Origin: Octopus bimaculoides
Taxonomy: Eukaryota
DNA length: 44,894 nt
Direction: 5' to 3'
Assembly (NCBI RefSeq): GCF_001194135.2
Contig: NC_069000.1
Span: 38,797,333 to 38,842,226 of the forward strand
Part shown: piece by piece, positions 37,660-44,894 of the stretch
Position numbering within the stretch: position 1 is the stretch's first letter
Layout of the letters: every line of letters begins with the position of its first letter
Notes under the pieces: generated by a model
Database searches by the model: none
What the model saw: only the letters and a program-made list of their open reading frames with translations
What the model was told of the DNA's origin: nothing
Position numbers and translations under genes: made by a program

Positions 37660-38668
37660 ATGTCAGTGTGTATATGTTTGTGTGTGTGGTGTATATACAT
37701 ATTTGTACATAAGTCAGACGAGTACAACGCTTTTCCCCCTTAACATAAGAAGCATTTATAACGTACCATGTCACATACCGTTCAACAAAGCAAATTGGTA
37801 AAACGTCAAAGATAATGATTCTGCATTTTATCTCTTTTAATTATAAATAGAAGACTAAAGTGTAAATCAATGCGTTAGATTTAAAGTGCACAATAAGTAT
37901 ACAACATATATGCGTTACAACATTACATGCAATCTCGTAGAAAACCAAAGCTGTCACTCTCAAGATCTGGCGGGAAAATTTCTACGTAAGGAGGAGTAGA
38001 AATGGGAGATCTTCGTCACGTCCAGATGAGGTGAGATAGACTGCAAACTTTCGTAAAGAGAAAATTTCATAACCTTATCGCTCCAAACGAAATATAAGCG
38101 TAAGAGAGATTCATCGAAATGAGAATTTGTTAACATGAATAAAAAATAAAATAAAAAATAGAACTCAGTCATGTTTTCAACTCCATAAGTTTAAAAGACA
38201 ATCTGTCCCTAGCACAGACACACACTGCGCATATATTCTACACGCACACACACATACGCACACACATCCATACGTTTGTGTATATAGATGTATGTATTTC
38301 TATTAATGTAGTTTTCTTCTTTTTTTGTCACAATGTCCGGTCTGTTTAAAAACTGAATTACAATTGTAGTATGTCTAGGGGGGAAATACGCTTATCAAAT
38401 TATGTCGTTTTCTACTGACTGGATAAAATGATAATGATAAATTTTTATTAAAATATCACAACATGTCACTCATGATATGCTTAATAGAAATGATAAACAT
38501 AAATCTTATATTTAATTCTTTTTATTTTTACTTTTGGCAGATTCTAATTTTTGCAACATCAAATCACCAAACAATCGACTTGCTTTACGATAACACAGCG
38601 TGACCAACTATAGGCTGACGATTTGAACGTCATACTGTTTATAGTTTAATTATCGTCTGTCTACACAG

Positions 38669-38890
38669 ATGCGACAGCCTCCTAGAACTCTGCAACACAT
38701 TGATTGTTATCTCTCAGTTATCTGTAACCAAACTAGTGATAACTATCTAATATTTTACGAATCTGCTCTTCGGAGTGGAAGAATAAACTATCCAGAAATT
38801 GTTAGTGTTTCACTGCAAATGTTGCCAAAGTTAATCGAGATGTTACTGTTTTATGCTGAATGTTCATTCTCTCTGTCATGTGGGTTAGGT
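38669..38890 (+). CDS. Possible 222-nt plus-strand exon (MRQPPRTLQHIDCYLSVICNQTSDNYLIFYES...SLSCGLG)
   Basis: Acceptor ttatcgtctgtctacacag|A, donor GGT|GTAAGT, 74 open codons. No phase-compatible partner exon was found. Confidence 0.25.
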
Positions 38891-40365
38891 GTAAGTATTA
38901 CAGAAGTTTAATGATGAAAGGAGCACAGATTCACCATTGTCTCTCACTGAAAGCAAAAGAAATGAAGAAAATGTAAAACTGGATATTCTACGGAAGAGCT
39001 CATATTACAATATGTACTATTCAATAAATACTAGATACTCGTTAAAATTGTCTAGTTAATTTGTTGGTCCGATAGAAGTAACAGATTATTTTCGAAACAG
39101 TTTTGTTTGTCATTAGAAGGACATCTGAGGGTGTGACCATCATTCAGGAAGAAATCCACCCTTCAATTTGCCCCAACTTCTACGCAAAAGGCAAGGTACT
39201 CAGTACTTTGAAGTGCCACAAATCCTAATGTTCAATGGTAAGTAGATTTTTATGATAACCTAGAATGCTTTTAAATAAATATTCACAACATTTGGCAATC
39301 AAGAACATGAAAGACAAGAAAGCTGATCTTGTTTTAGAAAGTATGACAATTGCATTTTCTATATGGAGCCAATTTTTGGATTACGAAAAACGAGCTAAAA
39401 GTTCGACTTAGTGGTACGTTGATCAGGCTGCTCATGAGCTCTCAAAACGTTTTGATTGAGCATATGATCAAATAGAATAATTTGGGATTTATGAGTAGAT
39501 TCGCGCAGGACAGGCGCTGTCGGTTACGACTATCATACTAAGTGCACATTGAATTGGATGTTATACATTTTTGACGTTTGCGCCGCAATACACAACGAAT
39601 AGCACTCAACTACATAAAACAGTTGTGTTATTTACAAGTTGAGAATAAAGAGTAGCATAAAAATTGTGGGGAGTGTTAGAAAATTGCTTACGATTAAGTT
39701 TGGTGAAACGCATCCTCGTGGCAGCCGCTTGAAGAATACGGAATAAACTCACTTCAAAATATGCTCCTAATGTTGTTATTAACTATGAGGTCAAAATCAG
39801 GACGTAAAGACGGATAAAATACCGCTAAGCATTTTGCCAGGTGTGCTTAATTTTAGATACACACATGTATGCATACATATATAAATATTTATAAACACAT
39901 GCATAAACATATATAAATACATGTATATATCCTTCTATTCCGTTTTCTTGTTTCAGCCATATGACTACAGCCATGCTGGAGCATCGCTTTGAAGGGTTTT
40001 AGTCGAGCGAATCGACCCTATTATTTATTTTTTGTAGCCTTGTTCTTATTCTATCGGTTCTTCATTGTTGAACCGCTAGCCTACACAGACGTAAACAAAC
40101 CAACACCTGTTGTCAAGCGGTAGTAGGAGACAACCATATACACAAAGACACCAACCCACACACACACGTGTATATATGTCATTAAGCTGTCTAATCGCCA
40201 TTTCGAATCGATAGGCAGAAAGTACAGTCATCACCGAAGAGACGGAGGGTGTTAGTAAGGCACCAACATTGCTAGAAATAAGAGTCAAAACAACTCTTAG
40301 CCATGTGAGAGCACATTTCCAACGGCTGACAAGGGAGACAGGCTTCATCCTTACGACAAGCAAGA

Positions 40366-40415
40366 TGAAGTCATATCATCAGTGATTCCAGATTTAATAA
40401 ATCTTCATCAAATTA
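40366..40415 (-). ncRNA. Degenerate hammerhead copy in the left arm of the same palindrome
   Basis: Minus strand reads taat-TTGATGA-AGATT-tatta-AATCT-GGAA-TCA-ctga-TGA-TA-TGACTTC. Core changes are C3 to U and GAAA to GGAA, and the 5' stem I strand is deleted. Confidence 0.7.
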
Positions 40416-40494
40416 CTTCATCACCAAGAGTTAAAGACTCTAAGTAAGGCTGACAGAATTACTTATGTTCCGTAACCCTTGGCGATGAAGTAAT

Positions 40495-40544
40495 GGGTCA
40501 CTGATGAAGATTAATTAAATCTGAAATCACCGCTGATATGACTC
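40495..40544 (+). ncRNA. Type I hammerhead ribozyme motif, complete
   Basis: GGGTCA | CTGATGA | AGATT-aatta-AATCT | GAAA | TCA-ccgc-TGA | TA | TGACTC. Stem I is 6 bp with one G-U, stem II is 5 bp, stem III is 3 bp plus the A-U pair, both core boxes are intact, and the triplet is AUA. Predicted cleavage is after 40538. Confidence 0.8.
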
Positions 40545-41446
40545 CATCTCGCTTTTCGTAAGGCTGGAGCCTGTCTCCCTTATCAGTCATTATAAAAGTG
40601 CTCTCAAGTGGCTAAGGGTTGTTTTGACACTTATTTCTAGCAATGCTGGCGCTTACCAACACCCTCCGTCACTTTAGCGACNNNNNNNNNNNNNNNNNNN
40701 NNNNNNNNNNNNNNNNNNNNNNNNNNNNNNNNNNNNNNNNNNNNNNNNNNNNNNNNNNNNNNNNNNNNNNNNNNNNNNNNNNNNNNNNNNNNNNNNNNAT
40801 ATATATATATATATAAACACAAACGACGGGTTTCCTTCAGTTTCCGTCTACCAATTCCATTCAAAGGCTTTGGTCGACTCGAGGTCACAGTGGAAGACAC
40901 TTGCTCAAGCCGCCATATATATTGAACCCTGAACCATATGCTTGGAAAGCAAGCTTTTTATCACACAACCACGCAGACTCCGTGTGTCACATCCACTCAC
41001 AAGGATTTGGTCAGCACAAGATTATAGTTAAAACACCCAAGGTGTCACGCGCTGGGGCCGAAACCAGAAGCATGTGATTGGAAAGAAAATTTTACCTTAC
41101 ATAGCCACGCCTGCGCCTATATTTGGAAAACGTCGGTGAAATCCTATATAATTATTAGTATATGTGTCGTACAATGAATTTTAATTGAGAATATCTTTGT
41201 GATTGAAGGACATGAAATAAAGGAATATCTATTATAAATTTGAAGCAGTTACCGAGAAGAATGGTTAATGCACAAAACATTAAAAATGGATGACTGCAAG
41301 AAAAGAAAAAGCACATAATTATTAATAAATATAGAAATATAATCTTGGCTGATAAATAATTACTATGTTGTCTATATTAATACAGTTCATATGAAATTAT
41401 GGTGATTAACGAGACTCTGGAAATGAATTGAATTGAATTTTATAAA

Positions 41447-41818
41447 AGCTCAGCGGTATTCTGTCCATCTTTACGTTCCGAGTTCAAATTCCGCCTTTCA
41501 TACTTTCAGAGACAATAAAATAAGTACTAGTCGATGTAAACAACTTACTCCCCACCAATAGAATTTCTGTTCGTGTGTCAAATTTCGAACCAATATTTAT
41601 TTTCTATAAGCTGTATAGCGTACTTAATCGTTAACACCCCGGGCAAAATGGCTAGCGGCATTATGCTATCTTTATGTTCTGTGTTCAAATTCTGCCGGAG
41701 CCGACCTTGCCTTTCATAGTCTCGGGTTCAATAGAATAAGAACTAGTGGAACACTGGGGACGATTTCATCGACTTACCCCTTTACCCAAACCTGGTGGCC
41801 TTTTGCCAAAATTTGAAA
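41447..41818 (+). mobile_element. Two tandem tRNA-derived SINEs (same family as 27650)
   Basis: B box gagttcaaattcc / gtgttcaaattct, core gcctttcata and tail gccaaaatttgaaa. Confidence 0.75.
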
Positions 41819-42087
41819 TGAACGTTGATACATAGGGCGGCCGCTTTCACTCTCCGGACAGAATAAATAAATTGAAGTTGTCAGGAAATATACGCATATG
41901 ATTTGATTTAACTGGTGAAGGACTGTATAGAAACAATTTCTTGAAGGAATGGTATCAAGTAAATGGTGCACATATGTGCTACGATGCCAATAATACATCT
42001 TAGGATCTTTCTTCGTAGGTTTTCATCTCCTTCACAAACTGCTACAAACATGCTGGAAAGCCTAATCTATGCATCAGAGACTATTGA

Positions 42088-42170
42088 TAGCATAGCACAA
42101 CCCAGTGAAGGGGACACTCAGCATTCAGAGACCCGGTCTTGTATCTGAGTTTCCCTGTCTCAGATGGGTT
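42088..42170. repeat. Hairpin resembling a decayed hammerhead or pLTR remnant
   Basis: Minus strand: caaccca-t-CTGAGA-ca-GGGAAACTCAG-23 nt-CTGAGTGTCCC-cttcac-tgggttg. Outer 7-bp stem and inner 10 of 11-bp stem, but no GAAA box. Confidence 0.35.
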
Positions 42171-42193
42171 GCACATGCAATATACACGCATAC

Positions 42194-42248
<55 letters not shown>

Positions 42249-42593
42249 GTGGACAAGGCTGCATGGCGTTGAATTATAAATAAATAAATACAAAGCAAAA
42301 ATCAAGTACAGGACATTACCAACGTGTGAAAAGTACGTAAACACATAATGATAGATAAGTACGGGAGAAATACCAGAAGTCTAACACATCCTCAGCTGTC
42401 GAGTATTAGTTACTCCCTATTTCGAGCTTTCAATGACAATAGAAGAAAACTTCATTAAACAGCAGGAGCCAGAAAATTTAAATATAATTAAAATCTGGAG
42501 AGTTAGAGCTTCGAAAAAACAACGACAGGGTGAAAGTACAAGTTTAAGTACCCAGCGTTGCTCGGAACTGTAAAGACTGTTAAAGGAAATAGA

Positions 42594-42790
42594 TAACCCT
42601 AAAACCCCAACCCTTACTCTAACCTAAAATCCTAACCCTAACTCTAAAACCCTAACCCCAACACTCAAACCCTAACCCTAACTCTAATCCTAAAACCCTA
42701 ACCCTAAACCTAAAACCCTAATCCTAACCTCAACTCCAAAACTCTAACCCTAAAACTCTAACCCTAATCCTAAAAGCCTAAAGCTAAAAC
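42594..42790 (+). repeat. Interstitial degenerate telomere-like array (CCCTAA variants)
   Basis: About 200 bp of ccctaa, ccctaaa, ctctaa and cctaaaa units, flanked on both sides by non-telomeric sequence. Confidence 0.85.
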
Positions 42791-43399
42791 CAGTATAAAC
42801 ACACGAACGATGTCATAAACAACAGTGACAAACGAAATATACACCGCCAATAGTTGTTGTTCACAAACAACGGCAGTAATTTTATTCAGCTGAACACACG
42901 TTATTGATTGGTTGAAATTACCGAAATACGACAAACGGCAGTAATTTTATTCAGCTGAATACACGTCATATATATGCATGTGTGCCTGTCTGTGTGTCTA
43001 TGTCTGCATGTATATTATATACATAATACATACATATATAATATATGTGTGTCTGTGTGTGACTTTGTGTATCTTTACGTATCTCTATCCCATATATATG
43101 TATAAACATTTACGTACATAAACTTATATGTAGCAGTTGGATTATTGACACTTTCTAAAAATTTTTTGCTCACCAATGCATATTACTCGTGATATTTTGT
43201 TTTGGGTGGGGCGTTAGCAAGAACCATACTAATCTCTGAGAATCTATAATTTGTTAGTTGAAAACTTAATTTAGTTTCTCTTATGATTAACTGATAACAG
43301 GTAAAAATAGAAAATAAATTTCATTTTCCGTGAGTAAATTAAATAGAGGTGCGCGTTGTAAACTCTGATATAAGTCTTATGTAGCAAGTGTTCTTCGTG

Positions 43400-43434
<35 letters not shown>

Positions 43435-44894
43435 TATAATACAGGGTATCAAGAGATACCACCACGCTGAAAAAATAGCAGTCAAATCCTGACTCTAAAA
43501 CCACAATAATNNNNNNNNNNNNNNNNNNNNNNNNNNNNNNNNNNNNNNNNNNNNNNNNNNNNNNNNNNNNNNNNNNNNNNNNNNNNNNNNNNNNNNNNNN
43601 NNNNNNNNNNNNNNNNNNNNNNNNNNNNNNNNNNNNNNNNNNNNNNNNNNNNNNNNNNNNNNNNNNNNNNNNNNNNNNNNNNNNNNNNNNNNNNNNNNNN
43701 NNNNNNNNNNNNNNNNNNNNNNNNNNNNNNNNNNNNNNNNNNNNNNNNNNNNNNNNNNNNNNNNNNNNNNNNNNNNNNNNNNNNNNNNNNNNNNNNNNNN
43801 NNNNNNNNNNNNNNNNNNNNNNNNNNNNNNNNNNNNNNNNNNNNNNNNNNNNNNNNNNNNNNNNNNNNNNNNNNNNNNNNNNNNNNNNNNNNNNNNNNNN
43901 NNNNNNNNNNNNNNNNNNNNNNNNNNNNNNNNNNNNNNNNNNNNNNNNNNNNNNNNNNNNNNNNNNNNNNNNNNNNNNNNNNNNNNNNNNNNNNNNNNNN
44001 NNNNNNNNNNNNNNNNNNNNNNNNNNNNNNNNNNNNNNNNNNNNNNNNNNNNNNNNNNNNNNNNNNNNNNNNNNNNNNNNNNNNNNNNNNNNNNNNNNNN
44101 NNNNNNNNNNNNNNNNNNNNNNNNNNNNNNNNNNNNNNNNNNNNNNNNNNNNNNNNNNNNNNNNNNNNNNNNNNNNNNNNNNNNNNNNNNNNNNNNNNNN
44201 NNNNNNNNNNNNNNNNNNNNNNNNNNNNNNNNNNNNNNNNNNNNNNNNNNNNNNNNNNNNNNNNNNNNNNNNNNNNNNNNNNNNNNNNNNNNNNNNNNNN
44301 NNNNNNNNNNNNNNNNNNNNNATATATATATATATATATAAAAATACATACTTATATGTATATGTATGTATAAATGTATTATATGCATTTGTATATATGT
44401 ATGTGTGTGTGTCCATGCGTACGTGTATAAGACAAAACGACGAAGGATTAGTAAGAGACGGTAATCCAAATATATTACTCCATAAGCCTCTGTGGCTATG
44501 CAGATTCTAGAGTCAATGCAAATAACATACACAGGGCTATAAAAAAAAGTATTGTGATTGGTATCCCAGGAAACTCGGAGTTAAACGCGGAAAGCAAAGT
44601 CTATTATATTTGAAATTATTAATCCATGGTTACATTACCCGTTTACAATAGTAATTTTTTATAGATATAAATAATACGAACACGAACACGAACACAAACA
44701 CATACAAATGTATACGAGTGAGTAGACAAACGAATGAAAAGATCACTGAACACATTTAGTAGGAGTTACGATCAGAAAGGTGCTCTCTATATACTTACTA
44801 CGGATTGATTGAAGCTAACTTTCTTCCTACACCTCGATCCTTGATTCTAGAATGAATTGAACACACACACACACACACATATTAAATCTTGCGT

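Larger units (their letters stand above)
40225..40681. mobile_element. About 460-bp fold-back element with hammerhead motifs (Penelope-like inverted pLTR pair or MITE)
   Basis: Arms 40225-40447 and 40459-40681 are reverse complements (roughly 85% identical by eye) around an 11-nt loop, ggctgacagaa. The right end runs into an N-gap. The left end reads TA|CAGTC. Confidence 0.8.
39930..41118 (-). mobile_element. CORE-like SINE split into a 3' half (39930-40170) and a 5' half (40805-40975), plus a second 5' half (40985-41118)
   Basis: The halves are collinear with 2568-2886 in reverse. The fold-back element and a gap lie at the position of the SINE's internal dinucleotide tract. Confidence 0.7.

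Noticed and set aside
38614-38635. CTGACGA-ttt-GAAC-GTC
   Set aside because: No stem II and the GAAA box is absent; chance match.
40223-40230. TA|CAG start as proof of a Tc1/mariner MITE
   Set aside because: The other end is in a gap, and embedded hammerheads point to a PLE-like origin, so the class is left open.
2667-44532. All long ORFs containing X runs, or YIYI, ERER, SVCL, THTH, poly-N or poly-Y tracts
   Set aside because: They arise from N-gaps and microsatellites that lack stop codons and are not coding.
1-44894. CRISPR array, rRNA, snRNA or prokaryotic operon
   Set aside because: No repeat-spacer structure or recognisable structural RNA gene was seen; the sequence is eukaryotic.

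Overview
AT-rich (about 33% GC by eye), repeat-dense eukaryotic draft-assembly DNA with 14 N-gaps. The tRNA-headed SINEs resemble the octopus OK/OR families, so an octopus genome is likely (inference). Most of the window is mobile-element debris: about 20 SINE copies or fragments, two Tc1/mariner remnants, RTE-clade and R4/Dong-clade LINE remnants, a hAT-type MITE, a possible solo LTR, microsatellites and an interstitial telomere-like array. Scattered through it are short minus-strand candidate exons with good splice sites and mostly compatible phases (33152 down to 5403). They suggest one large-intron gene whose best exon encodes a divergent CUB-like domain. The most interesting signal is three unrelated fold-back (inverted-repeat) elements, each carrying type I hammerhead ribozyme motifs oriented outward from the centre. 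One motif (40495-40544, + strand) satisfies every core and stem requirement. All ribozyme copies on the putative gene-sense strand are mutated in the catalytic core. Long X-containing ORFs in the supplied track are gap and microsatellite artefacts.
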